54,758 bases of DNA, from NCBI RefSeq assembly GCF_001194135.2, contig NC_068982.1, positions 151,493,187 to 151,547,944 on the forward strand, in the 5' to 3' direction. A program made the translations under genes and the position numbers. Positions within the stretch are counted from its first letter, which is position 1, and each line of letters starts with the position of its first letter. Shown here piece after piece: positions 11,065 through 23,740 of the stretch. Below the pieces are notes generated by a model. It was not told the DNA's origin. It worked only from the letters and a program-made list of their open reading frames with translations, and did no database searches. The stretch is from Octopus bimaculoides (Eukaryota).

Positions 11065-12135
11065 CAGGGTACAGGACGTTAGAACAATAAACTACAGACA
11101 ACGGAACGAACACATAGGAAAACGGAAAGCCCCTTGGAATATCCCTTCATCAGCTGTCTCTATTCTATCTAGACGTTTCGAAGACCAGACAGGACGTACT
11201 CTAGAATAGTCTCTTCCTGAGTAGTGGATCAACCAACTACACAGAGGATTCCAAGGTGGCAAACACAAACCAAGACAGGAAAAAATGGACAGTGAAAACA
11301 ACATTCAAAAGCCGTACGGCCAAACGCAAATCTGAGGTAGAACGCTAGTAGTTCGTCTTGCCTTCACAGCGGCTGGAGTGAAAAGAAAGCTGACCACAGG
11401 TCACACGAGAGCAGAGAGGATGGTGGAGGGAGGAAATGGAACAAGGAGGAAGGGACAGAAGCAGTGAAGTAGAGGCCAGGACAGAAGGGTAGATAGGAAG
11501 ATAGAGGAAGACAGATAGATAAATAGATAGAGAGGATGGTGGAGGGAGGAAGTGGAACAAGGAGGAAGGGACAGAAGGGTATATATATATATATATTCCC
11601 TATAGTTTTCTCTCTCATCCTTTCTCTAATTCCTTTTTCTCCCTTTCACTGTGTTCTATCTGTCTGTCTGTCTCTCCCTTTTTCTCTTTTACTTTCTCTC
11701 TCTCACTGCTCACACGTGACCATCGTACGTCTTTCTTTTCCCCACGTGATCATCTCTCTTTTCTTTCAGGGCTGTCCCAGAGGCTGGATGTATCCTATCT
11801 ATCTCTCTCTTCTATCTTTTCTCTTGTCAAAGAAAATATTTCTTCAGCGTTCGCTATTTTACTCTCCTTCTGGTCTGACGACCCTCCATGTTTGTTTCCG
11901 TTTGGTTTCCTTGTATGTCTCCACTCCCCTATTTATGTTCCCAACTTTGACCCTCCATAAATCCCAAATTTTAGTTTGGTACTTGTGGGAACAAATGCCT
12001 TTGAAGACTCATATTATCGTTCAATTCTCGAAACGAGTAGATAGACAGCTGACAACTGATGAAGGGTCATTCTTTATGTTACCTGTCCTGTTTTCCATTT
12101 GTTTCTCTCGTTGTTTGCGTATTCAACTCATTTGT
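11065..12135. mobile_element. ~1.07 kb unit bounded by diverged ~100-bp inverted repeats, tentatively Penelope-like
   Basis: Reverse complement of 11088-11182 (tcgaaacgtctagataga...gacagctgatgaaggg..attc...gttttcc...cgttgt) aligns to 12027-12123 (tcgaaacgagtagataga...gacaactgatgaaggg..attc...gttttcc...cgttgt). Internal 49-bp direct repeat at 11413-11461 and 11529-11577. Penelope identity is inference. Confidence 0.5.
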
Positions 12136-12854
12136 TTATCGTAATTCATATTGTTTACTCTCTGTGATACACGCACACACACACNNNNNNNNNNNNNNNN
12201 NNNNNNNNNNNNNNNNNNNNNNNNNNNNNNNNNNNNNNNNNNNNNNNNNNNNNNNNNNNNNNNNNNNNNNNNNNNNNNNNNNNNNNNNNNNNNNNNNNNN
12301 NNNNNNNNNNNNNNNNNNNNNNNNNNNNNNNNNNNNNNNNNNNNNNNNNNNNNNNNNNNNNNNNNNNNNNNNNNNNNNNNNNNNNNNNNNNNNNNNNNNN
12401 NNNNNNNNNNNNNNNNNNNNNNNNNNNNNNNNNNNNNNNNNNNNNNNNNNNNNNNNNNNNNNNNATATATATATATATACATATATATTCATTAGTTGAG
12501 TGTATGCTGCCTGGGTTCCCTTTGAGTTTGCTGCCTACGTTCCTACAGAGGATTATACAGCAGTCTTGGAGTGCCAACCCAATAAAAGCGCCGCCCGGGA
12601 CGGAGCTCCGATCTCACCTGCCCCACTACTGCGCTACTGAGTTACGTGGTATGCTCCTAAGATTTCTAATAAAGCGATTTAGTATAGATTTTCTTAGCTG
12701 TTACAAATAATTTAAATCACTGAAATTCAATGACGTTTCGTGATTATTGATGATACGTACAGCTAATTGCATTTATATGTTTAAGTAATATTTAGTTGTT
12801 TTCATTAACAAAAGAAAAAACTCATAGAATAGTATATGGTCAAGAAAGGAAAGA

Positions 12855-12919
<65 letters not shown>

Positions 12920-13149
12920 NNNNNNNNNNAACAGAGAAAAAACAGAAAGTGAAATAGAAATCTGAGGGGGAGAGTGTGATAGTGAGGTGCACATTGTTCA
13001 TTAAATGAGTCAAGTGGTGAGTTAAGAAAAGCATTTAAGAGTAAGAGGTGTGTAGTGGCTTGTGCTTGTGTGAATGTATGGTGTGGTTATCGTGGTGTTT
13101 GCGATGTGTTTAGGGGTGCAATACACACACATGTACAATGTGTATGTGT

Positions 13150-13181
<32 letters not shown>

Positions 13182-13399
13182 ACATCACGCAAACACACCA
13201 AACTCTTCACACACTGTACCGCATGGCACACATACGTGGGTATGAAGGAAGTATTTGATAATTCTTATGGAAAAGAAGTAACCGAAAAGAAAAATATACA
13301 AATGAAATGTAGAGAAATAGATATTAGCACAAACTGAAGGCAAAATAATTATCAGTAGAAAAAATAATAATGTTCGTTGCAGAAAGGTATGTTTTGGTT

Positions 13400-14280
13400 G
13401 TGGTGATAGTGATGGTTGTGGTAGAGTTGGTGATGGTTGCTGTAATGTTGGTGGTAAATGTAATGGCAACGTTAGTTGTGGTGGTATGTGGGAATTAGTA
13501 ATGTTGCATGTAATGGTGGTACATCTCATTGCTGATTGTAATTGTAATGATATTGGTGGCAGTGGAGGTATTGGTAATAGTAGTAGCCGTTTTGTGGAGG
13601 GTAGTAATGATGCTTATGTTGATAGTAGTGGTGGTGGTGGTCGTGGTAGTTCTGGAGCAGATATCTGTAGAAGCATATGTAGAAAATTATTGGAAAAGTT
13701 AATCCGACGAAAAGAATTTTTCCTTGTGTTGTTTTCCATTTAAATTTAGCGTTGATAGATAAACAGGTCGGTGGCTGCTAAGTTATTTAACAGGGTATAG
13801 ATGATTAACAATAATAGAATTTCTGGCCTTGTGCCTATGTAAGAAAAAATTATTATAAATGGTGGTGAGATGGTGTCAAAAACTAGGTTTAAGGTTCTGT
13901 CAACATTGTGTTTTGTTTACTGATACGATTATGATGATGTCGATGCTGCTGCTGATACTACTACTGATGCTGATGATAACAGTGTAACGTTTTGTGGTGG
14001 TGGTGGTTGTGATGCTGTGGTTGTCCCGTTTTTGAATGATGCACATAGCTTTTAAGTAGACACTAATATTAATGGTATAATAATGTGATTGTTGATTGGA
14101 ATGCTCCCTTTCGGCCCTCGCTGTTGTTGTTGGTGGCGGTGGTCGTAGTAGAGGGATTAGTGGTGACAGTGGTGATGATGATAGTTGTGATGAAGGTGTG
14201 AAAGAGTTGAGTCAAATAGTGGTGATGATGATGTTAATGATGATGATGATGATGATAGTGGCAGTAGTTGTGGAGACAGA
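13400..14280. repeat. low-complexity GGT/GAT/GCT trinucleotide-rich region
   Basis: Degenerate ggt/gat/gtt/gct runs visible throughout. Confidence 0.8.
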
Positions 14281-14690
14281 GGGCAGAGAGATTGCATAAG
14301 TGTACCAACATTTAAATTTACTTCGTCTACTCTTGCATGCGTGTGTATAGTTAAATGTGTAGCTGCTTGTGTATCGGCCTTCGTATGTCTATACATTTGT
14401 ATCATATGGAATAAAGATGATATCGAACTAATTCGTGCGTGCCTTGCAGAATAATTTCTTTTCCTTTTCTAGCACAATAATAAATTGAGTCGAGATGTAC
14501 AGTTGTTAAACTTCGATCAATTTTGATTAGGCAGACTTATGATCAAAGGTATTCCAACTACAGCTAAAAGCATTGGCGTGACAGATTGTTAGTTATATGC
14601 AGCTATCTGGGTTCGGTCCCACTATACTGAATATAGGTTTTTGTACAACTGGGCTAATGGAAATTTTGTGCAAGGCCATAAGCTAGACTT

Positions 14691-15412
14691 TATACGAGAG
14701 TTATAATGAAGGTCATGCACGAGTGGGTTTTACTTGTTTCTTAACTGACATACTTCGTTCAAACTAGAGTTATTAGTCAATTAACTATTCCTTTCTATAC
14801 AAGTACTATTTAACTTGGTCTGCATTGGCACCGTTGTTAAATTCAACTCTAATCCTCTTTGAAAAAATTCAGTTGAGTATTGTTGTGCTCACTTCTTCAG
14901 AGCCACTTTCAACTCGACATCAAATTGTTATCAACCATCTTTCCTTCAAATGGAATATAATCTGTTGAGGTACCCACTTTGTACATATTTTCCGATACTC
15001 TACGTCTTCCGTTATCTTCTGTAATGCTTTGTAACCACAGTGTAATTGTGCAACAATCTCACAGGTTGTGGCGCGAATCAATTCGTCCACTCACTAGCGA
15101 TTCGTGTTAATAGTCCTGGTTGAGATTTCCCATTGCGTGATATATTTTCAATAATAATTTTCTCTTTATACTTCTTCATTCATCTATGCACGTTGCTCTT
15201 GTGAATGGTGTAGCCATCGTAAACACCCTGTAGCCTTCTGTAGATGTCGGACAGCCTGCAACTTTCTCCTGTCAAAATCTCAATGACGATACTTTGTTTC
15301 TCCTTGTACCCAGTTTGTTGCCTACAATGAAGAAGAAAGAGAAGTTACTATCGAAGGAGAGGTCAATAAAAGTTATGCTCACGTTTGCCTTATTTTCGGT
15401 AAAATTCGTATA
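14691..15412 (-). mobile_element. Tc1/mariner (mariner-type) transposon relic with internal deletion
   Basis: Minus strand: EKQSIVIEILTGESCRLSDIYRRLQGVYDGYTIHKSNVHR*MKKYK (HTH), YRKICTKWVPQQI (WVPHEL-like motif at ~14968), then directly the C-terminal VALKK*AQQYSTEFFQRGLE. The DD34D core is absent. TATACGA at 14691 and its complement at 15406-15412 may be TIR ends (weak). Confidence 0.8.
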
Positions 15413-16164
15413 ATCCATAGCAACATCTTTGTCACACATTTTGCACACTAATTCTGCTTGAGGATTATTCTAAATATATGTGGGATTAACTTCTCTAATG
15501 TTTCTCCTTTATGTAAGATCAAACAATATGATCTAAGGGAGGCATGGCAGCTATTTCTAGTGCAGTATAAACTCTTTCACAGACTCGTGTAGAGACGTAA
15601 ATATGTAAAGATAGCAAGCATAAAACATAACCTAGCTACATAATTCATCTTTTCTATCCCACTGCGTAGAATATTAGTTTTGACACAGCCTTGAATGAAG
15701 CCAAATCTTGTAAGTGAAATTGGGGAGATGGAAATTGTGTGCAATCCTATCAGGTAGACAGTATGTAATTCAAAACGACAGCTTTGTCGCATACTGAGTC
15801 ACAGTAATTCAACCAGAGGATTAGGTTAATGGTACATAGGATTACACTATCTAATGTGCTTTCCCTTTATTTATGACTATAATATTGCGATCTGAGAGTT
15901 TTAGTATACGCACTTGAGAGCTTCATTTCAGAAATTATTCCAAAAGTTATACTTTCTGCCTATAACATATTCCTGAGAATGGCACTAAAAGAGAGGAGCT
16001 ATACATCTTCGTTAATTAATGAAAAAGTACATTTAGAGATGCGTCGTTCATTTATTTATTAAACTAGGTTTTGTTGGAATGTAAATGTATGTAGGTAAGT
16101 GCATGTGAACCAGTACAGTTTATAGTTACTAAAGAATACTAGTATAATATGCATGTTTGCATAT

Positions 16165-16183
16165 TTGTCTGTTTGTCTGTCTG

Positions 16184-16242
<59 letters not shown>

Positions 16243-16245
16243 GCA

Positions 16246-16276
<31 letters not shown>

Positions 16277-16280
16277 TTAT
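16165..16280. repeat. (CTGT)/(ATCT)n tetranucleotide microsatellite
   Basis: Directly visible. Confidence 0.95.
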
Positions 16281-16811
16281 CTAAATACAATAGCTCAACT
16301 ATCAAAATTGACGATGGACTAGGCAGCAACTTGACTTGCACGCAGTTATTTTGTTTTCATATACTGAGAAAGAGCGGCGTGCACATAAGACTCACTCTCT
16401 TCCATTCTTATACAATATGCTAGGAAGAATGATGAAAGTAAGACAACTAAGATTCTGTGAAAATACAGAAAATTGCTGAAGTGCAGAAAGACCACGCCGT
16501 AACATCCAGCACGTGTATCCAGACATCAAACATTATTCCAGATGTTTGCCCTGCATCAAGGCTTCTAATACAACACCACTTGTCAAGATTGGCCTACTGC
16601 CACCACTTCCAAACTTCATTTAAATGCAAAGCGAACATGCACTAATTATATACATTCACCCACGTGCACAAATTTAACATGCGAATAGAGACATTAATGG
16701 ATGGTACCATATACAAAACACTCGGCTTCCGACTCCATTTTGTAACTTTTCTGCTGATTTAAGCATATATACAATCATGTATTGAGTTCTATATGTCCTT
16801 TTATATTCGTG

Positions 16812-16812
16812 C

Positions 16813-16888
<76 letters not shown>

Positions 16889-16900
16889 GTCTATCTATCT
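16812..16900. repeat. (ATCT)n microsatellite
   Basis: Directly visible. Confidence 0.97.
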
Positions 16901-17784
16901 ACACATGCTCACACATGTATATATAATGAAAGTTGCTCTTTTCCAATAAATGCAACTTTTTCTCGTGTGCTGATGCGTTTGTATGCAGAAACACACATAT
17001 TTACATATATGCATGCATATATACATGTGTTTGTTTGTTTGCTTGTGTGTGTGTGTATGTGTGTCTGCAGAGAGAGAGGGGGAGAGTGAGAGAGAGAGAG
17101 AGAGAGAGAAAAAGAGAGAGAGAGAGATAGAGAGAGAGAGAGACAGACAGACAGAGACAGAGGCAGAGAAAAAGAGATAGTCTGGTTGGGAACGTGGGAG
17201 TGGCAGAGGATGGCGAGCAGATATTAATAATCTATGCAGTCAGTTTGTTCCTCTTTTGCTCTCAAAGTATTGTGGAAACGGCTGTTGTGATATGTATACC
17301 AATGCCGTGACATTTACTGCGCAACTGTATTTTTAAACATTAAAAGCGGAAACGGAAATCAGTCTGCAAAATAAAGTTCCACGAGATTACCTAATTCATT
17401 CGTCATTGCACATAAATGTGCATATGTAGGCAGATATGAACAGATACATATACACAATATTATGAGTGACTATATTTTTAGGTATTAATGTATGCGTGCA
17501 TGTGCGTATGCTTATCCATGTCTACGTGGGTGTACATACAAGTGGATGTTCCTGCCCTTTAATAATTTCCCACCAATTTTCTGACTATATTTGCCTGTCT
17601 TTCTCTGTGTCAACGTGGAAATATATATTTGATAAGTGCATCGTCATGAAATTGTGTGAGTGCATTATTTTATGCATGTCTATCTAATCCTGATTGGCTT
17701 CTGTCTGTGTTAATCTGCTGATATCGGTCAGGTGTGTTCGACTCAGTTAACCTGTCATGATGAAGTGTAATGACTGTCTTAGTT

Positions 17785-17786
17785 TG

Positions 17787-17871
<85 letters not shown>

Positions 17872-17975
17872 ATGTCTGTGTGTCTGCCTGTATGTTTGTG
17901 TGCCTGTCTGTCTTTGGGTGTGACTCTCACTTTATATATATATATGTATGTGTGTGTGTGTGTATGTGCGTGCGC

Positions 17976-18020
<45 letters not shown>

Positions 18021-18065
18021 CACACGCATACACACATACACACACACACACACACATACACACAT

Positions 18066-18135
<70 letters not shown>

Positions 18136-18150
18136 GCATGTATATACACA
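17785..18150. repeat. (TCTA)n plus (TG)-(TA)-(CA)-(TA) compound microsatellite
   Basis: Directly visible. Confidence 0.95.
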
Positions 18151-18199
18151 TACATACTTATACATATTAATTCTACTTTATGAATGTCTATATATGTAT

Positions 18200-19105
18200 A
18201 GGTACTTAAATACTTAGGTTTCGGACACATTGGCCCAGACCATAGCTAACTTAATAGCACCACCTGAAAAAGACATTTAGTAATGTATTTTTGTATAGTT
18301 ATTTTTCGTCAACATTCCCATTCGATTAAAAAGTTGTAGTTTGCAGCAGTATATCCGGGTGTAGGTGTTTTATCTGGAATTTGTTGGAGATATTCATCCA
18401 GGAACTTTTTGAAGGTTATGAAATATTTTCCCTCCTTTATATGTTTCGGAATGATATTAAAAAGAACAGGTCCAGTTGAGAAGTAGTTCTGTCTTAGTGT
18501 TGTGATATGCTGAGAGCACGATTTCTGTAGAGGACGCATGCCACGGGGACCAAGCCTTGGGTGGATTTTAAAAGTGATATCAATATCATTTGGGCAATAC
18601 TGTCGGAGCAATTTCCACATCATACAAATAATAAAGCGCTCTCGGCGGCGCTGGGCAGAATACAGTTTGAGATTCGCGAATCGATCCCAGTAATTAAGAC
18701 CAGACATACCATCAACTTTTTTGTAATTAAACTCTGGAGTGCTTCAAGCTTTTTATTCTGGTTCGTATAGGGAGACCATAGCGGACAACAGTATTCAAGG
18801 TGAGGGCGGGCGAAGGTAGAAAAAAGGATAATGGTTGGAGCATCTCTCGACTGGAAAGTCATGAGGATCCAGGAGCACGCCCTGCGGGCCATGTCGACTT
18901 TCTTGTTTATGCGGACACTCCAACTTAAGTTATTATCGACAGTCACACCGAGGTCCCTAGCGTTGTTTGATGCCGTGAGGTGTTCTCCCGAACGAAGAAT
19001 ATATGGTTGTTTAAGTGCAGCCTCTTTACTAAAATGGATTAACTCAAACTTGTTCTCGTTCAGTTGCATGTTATGCTTCTGTGCCTATTGGATAACAGCA
19101 TGTAG
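18200..19105 (-). mobile_element. CR1-group (CR1/L2/Crack-like) LINE, 5'-truncated 3' end of ORF2
   Basis: ORFs 18620-19069 and 18309-18707: NMQLNENKFELI, ARDLGVTVDNNLSW, ARPHLEYCCPLWSPY, LNYWDR..LKLYSAQRRRER, GPVLFNIIPK, FKKFLDEYLQQIPD. These are typical post-RT CR1-group motifs; frameshifted. Confidence 0.92.
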
Positions 19106-19846
19106 ATAGATAGAAAGAGAGAGAGAGAGGGGGGGGAGAAGGAAAGAATGAAAGAAAGTTAAGTAGATTTAATACATGTGTCTCAGTGTGTATGTGCCTG
19201 TTTCATTGCACGCATTTCACAGTTTGATGCTGTCAACGTTTTCATGTAACCACGAATCTGGGTGATTTTAAGTTACCTTCAAAGATTTGAAAATGTCTTT
19301 TATGTATGTTGCGTGTCTTGCTTAGACGTTATCACTTTCCAAAGGAACCTAGCCTCGTGACTCATTTCACAGACCGATCGATGTATATTAATCTACAGAC
19401 AACCATATTTATTTAGCTTAGCTGTTACAATCTCACCATCATATTCCGACTCTCTATTCTAACTTCCGGCTCTTTCCTTCTCTCGATCCAACATTTATCA
19501 CACAATTTTGAGCATATATTCGTTCTGTTTTCTGTCCTTCAGTGTGTTTGATACACTGTCTATTTTGTTTGGTCTATATCTCGGCCTCCTCTCTCACTCA
19601 TCATGACTTTTATTTTTTAATTTTTTATTCTATGTTCTGATCTTCATACAGGCTCTTACTCTCACACTCTCTTGATACTTTCTATTTTCATAGTGCAATC
19701 TCTTTGTTTTATTCGACTTTGACCTATGTTCTTATTCTCTCGAGCTCGTTATTGCGTTTTTGATCTCCCCTTCCTTGTACATACATATGCATGTACACAC
19801 TCACACACACACACATCACGCACACATTATATGGGTAAACTCCAAA

Positions 19847-20078
19847 GCGGTGAGCTGGCAGAAACGCTATCACGCTGGGCGAAATGCTTAGCGGTATTTC
19901 GTCTCCTGTTACGTTCTGAGTTCAAATTCCGCCGAGGTCGACTTTGCATTTCATCCTTTCGGGGTCGATAAATTAAGTACCAGTTACGCACTGGGGTCGA
20001 TGTGATCGACTTAATACCTTTGTCTGTTCTTGTTTGTCCCTTCTATGTTTAGCCCCTTGTGGGCAATAAAGAAATAAG
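19847..20078 (+). mobile_element. SINE family A, near full length
   Basis: gcggtgagctggcagaaacg (A-box-like), gagttcaaattcc (B box GTTCRANNC), conserved body, A-rich tail aataaagaaataag. Matches the reverse complement of 25897-26135. Confidence 0.88.
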
Positions 20079-20292
20079 AAACGCTGGCACGACGGGCGAA
20101 ATGCATAGCGGTATTTCGTCTGTCTTTACGTTCCGCCGAGGTCGACTTTGCCTTTCATCTTTTCCGGGTCGATAAATTAAGTACNNNNNNNNNNCGATAA
20201 ATTAAGTACCGGTTGCGTACTGGAGTTGATCTACTCGAGTGGCACCCTCCCCCAAACTTTTCGAGCCTTGTGCCTAGAGTATAAACGATTAT
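20078..20292 (+). mobile_element. second SINE family A copy in direct tandem, different 3' end
   Basis: gaaacgctggcacgacgggcgaaatgcatagcggtatttcg...; lacks part of the B-box region; contains gap 20185-20194. Confidence 0.8.
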
Positions 20293-20364
20293 ATGAGTGA
20301 ACCCCATGATAAACACAGCTGGCTGCTTGAAATTTGAAAAAGTGATGATCTTTTAACTTTTTAC

Positions 20365-20560
20365 TTGTTTAAGTCATTAGACTGCGGCCATGCTGAACAA
20401 CTTTTAAGTTGGACGAATCGATCCCTGTACTTATTTTTTTTAAAGCCTGGACTTTTTTTTATCGGTCTTTTGTGCCAAACTGGTAAGTTACGAGGACGTA
20501 AATGCACCAACGTCGGTTGTCAAGCGGAGGGGGGAGGACAAACAAACACAACACACATTT
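20365..20560 (-). mobile_element. SINE-like repeat (family C) with a CR1-type 3' tail motif
   Basis: Minus-strand tail cagcatggccgcagtctaatgacttaaac resembles cagcatggccacagctctgagctgaaac at 47617 and the tail at 26163. Confidence 0.5.
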
Positions 20561-21369
20561 TCACAGACACGCACGCGCACCAACACAAACATCCCGCGCA
20601 CACACACCCGCACACCCACACGCATATATGTATGTATGTAATATAGCTCTCCCAAGATGGTATCCTGTGCTTATGCACCTGGCCTAGCGTTTGGACAAAT
20701 AGGAACCGATTTTTATAGAATTTGAAAACATATGTGAAGTTCGATGTCATTGATTAAAAACCATTAAGGCATCACTCCAGCGTACACGTAGATGAAAAAA
20801 AAAGACAAATAAAAGAATATACATCCTATGTACTTTCTTTAAATACAAGAATACACATAGAAACATGTGCGTACACGTGTGAACATAAGGCTCTTGTAAA
20901 TTTCAGTCTACCCTCAATTCTCTGATTCCACTCTTCTTTCTTCAAAGATTTTGCTTGAAAACACTTTTCTAGAAGAATTATTTGTTTCTTACATTAGTAG
21001 TATCAGTTCAACACCAACGTAGACACTCATAAACAGATAGGCACATCGCAAAAGTACATGCCTGTATTGGTACATACATATATAGAGATGTCTATATAAA
21101 TGCTTGTATGCGTGCATGGAAACATACATGCAAATACGCACACGCATAAACTCACCCCCACGCATATACACACGCAGATACTCCCGCGCTCACGCTCACG
21201 CTCGCCATACACATGTATATGTACGTGTATACCTGTGTGTGCATGTGTGTGCTCACTTGCGTTGGCATATATTAATGTGTAGATACATGTATGTGTGTGT
21301 GTACATAATGAGTGCGTTAAGATATATATAGGGTTCAGGTAAAGTTGTATCTAATGACGTAATACACAC

Positions 21370-21440
21370 ACGTATATTTATATATGTACATGTATATGTA
21401 TATGTATATATATGTATATGTATATATATGCATATATATG

Positions 21441-21532
<92 letters not shown>

Positions 21533-21620
21533 TATATATATGTATATATATATATACACACACATGTATACGTATGCATATTTATGTGTGTGTGTGTATG
21601 CGTGTGTGTGTGTGTAAACA
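21370..21620. repeat. (TA)n/(TG)n compound microsatellite
   Basis: Directly visible. Confidence 0.97.
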
Positions 21621-23039
21621 CATGCATGTGTGAAGTATATACAGACATACATGTACATAAATAGACACTCGAATCCTAAATACACTGTTAATTCCTGACA
21701 GCTTCCAGATAAAGTGATAAATGGTTGACGTCTTATACATTTACCAACTGAAAGTCTTGAAAAGTTTCTGGTGTGGGGCTGGTGAAGCGAGTACGCAAAA
21801 TATCTTACAAGCTTATACAATCTACAAATTGAAATCAGGCAATAAACTTTATACAACTATTGCCATGGAAACAGCTATTTGAGAGCTGAAATCGTATTGT
21901 TCCCTGTTTATCGTGTAGGATACGATACATATGTTGAAGTATTAAGTTACGTACCTAAGGTGATTTTGGTGATGTGATCAGTTATATTGTTTTACACAAT
22001 TAAAAATATCACATCTTTGTACCAGCATGTACATACACACTTACACACACACATGTATATATATATATATNNNNNNNNNNNNNNNNNNNNNNNNNNNNNN
22101 NNNNNNNNNNNNNNNNNNNNNNNNNNNNNNNNNNNNNNNNNNNNNNNNNNNNNNNNNNNNNNNNNNNNNNNNNNNNNNNNNNNNNNNNNNNNNNNNNNNN
22201 NNNNNNNNNNNNNNNNNNNNNNNNNNNNNNNNNNNNNNNNNNNNNNNNNNNNNNNNNNNNNNNNNNNNNNNNNNNNNNNNNNNNNNNNNNNNNNNNNNNN
22301 NNNNNNNNNNNNNNNNNNNNNNNNNNNNNNNNNNNNNNNNNNNNNNNNNNNNNNNNNNNNNNNNNNNNNNNNNNNNNNNNNNNNNNNNNNNNNNNNNNNN
22401 NNNNNNNNNNNNNNNNNNNNNNNNNNNNNNNNNNNNNNNNNNNNNNNNNNNNNNNNNNNNNNNNNNNNNNNNNNNNNNNNNNNNNNNNNNNNNNNNNNNN
22501 NNNNNNNNNNNNNNNNNNNNNNNNNNNNNNNNNNNNNNNNNNNNNNNNNNNNNNNNNNNNNNNNNNNNNNNNNNNNNNNNNNNNNNNNNNNNNNNNNNNN
22601 NNNNNNNNNNNNNNNNNNNNNNNNNNNNNNNNNNNNNNNNNNNNNNNNNNNNNNNNNNNNNNNNNNNNNNNNNNNNNNNNNNNNNNNNNNNNNNNNNNNN
22701 NNNNNNNNNNNNNNNNNNNNNNNNNNNNNNNNNNNNNNNNNNNNNNNNNTATATATATGTATATAAAATTTATTAATGAGGGTAGAAATTGATATTAATA
22801 AATTAAAACCAGTGGTCTAGCATATTAAAAAAATTCGAAGATTAAAATTATATTACATATAAAAATAAGAGGAATGACTAGCAAAAGTGGACTCCTATAT
22901 GCTAGAAATAGATGCCGAATCATCTAACCACGGAAAAAATATGTTCTCAGTAAAAATTTAGCGACACAACAGACTATAAAAGGGCAAGACAAATGAAAAA
23001 ATACTAAATAAACAAAACGATTAACCTACGTACCATGGT

Positions 23040-23320
23040 TTCACCTGTTAAAATCTACAGAAGTAAATATCTGCAGGATCATCAGCGTAGTTTGTCGATT
23101 TGAAATATAATTTCCAGAACTAGACAAAAGACGTCCAACTCCTGCTGGGGTTCTGTATTTTCAGCGAGACTTTCGTATCGTCTGCGTAGCCAGCAAGGGT
23201 CGCTTTTCAGGCAGCTGCGGGCATATCTGAGAGGGCCACTATGAAAAGCTTACTGTCTTAGAGGATATCTGAATAAATAACGCAGTGGTTGCAGATAAAT
23301 CCTCTTTGGTTATAGGTGAA
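23040..23320 (-). mobile_element. CR1-group LINE RT fragment
   Basis: Minus strand: LFIVALSDMPAAA*KATLAGYADDTKVSLKIQNP, containing the RT catalytic YADD motif. Confidence 0.82.
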
Positions 23321-23544
23321 TCAGAACAAAATCAACCATAATAGCAACAACAATGGTACTAATTATCTTTTGTGCATTTCATTTGTAGATCTCGAATCCA
23401 AGCTATTGGGAATGAGATAGAATTGCAGTCCAAATTAGTCTGTTGCAGGATTCAGTTTTAATAAATGATTGCACTTTAGTATCCCAGAAGACAAAGAGGA
23501 AACACCTATTCCATAGAATTATGTTTAGAGATAATGTTAGTGTG

Positions 23545-23740
23545 TTAGTAAAAGCGTTAGAACGTCGAGAAAATGCAGTGCTGTATTTATTTGCGCTCTT
23601 AACGGCACTTTACGTCCCACGTTCAGATATCACCATAGTCAGCCTTGCTTTCATTCTTTCAGGTGCGATAAAATAAAATGATAGTCAAGTACTTAGGTCG
23701 ACAGCATCGACTAACTTCCTCTAAATTTCAGGTCTAGTGT
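23545..23740 (+). mobile_element. SINE family A, heavily diverged
   Basis: gcgttagaacgtcgagaaaatgc, ccttgctttcattctttcaggtgcgataaaataa and aggtcgacagcatcgact are recognisable against 19847. Confidence 0.5.

Noticed and set aside
16457-16645. 62-aa plus ORF in a moderately GC-rich patch
   Set aside because: No motif in any frame; length within chance expectation.
18561-19109. Plus-strand ORFs 18561-18770 and 18831-19109
   Set aside because: Antisense to the CR1-group LINE ORF2 fragment.
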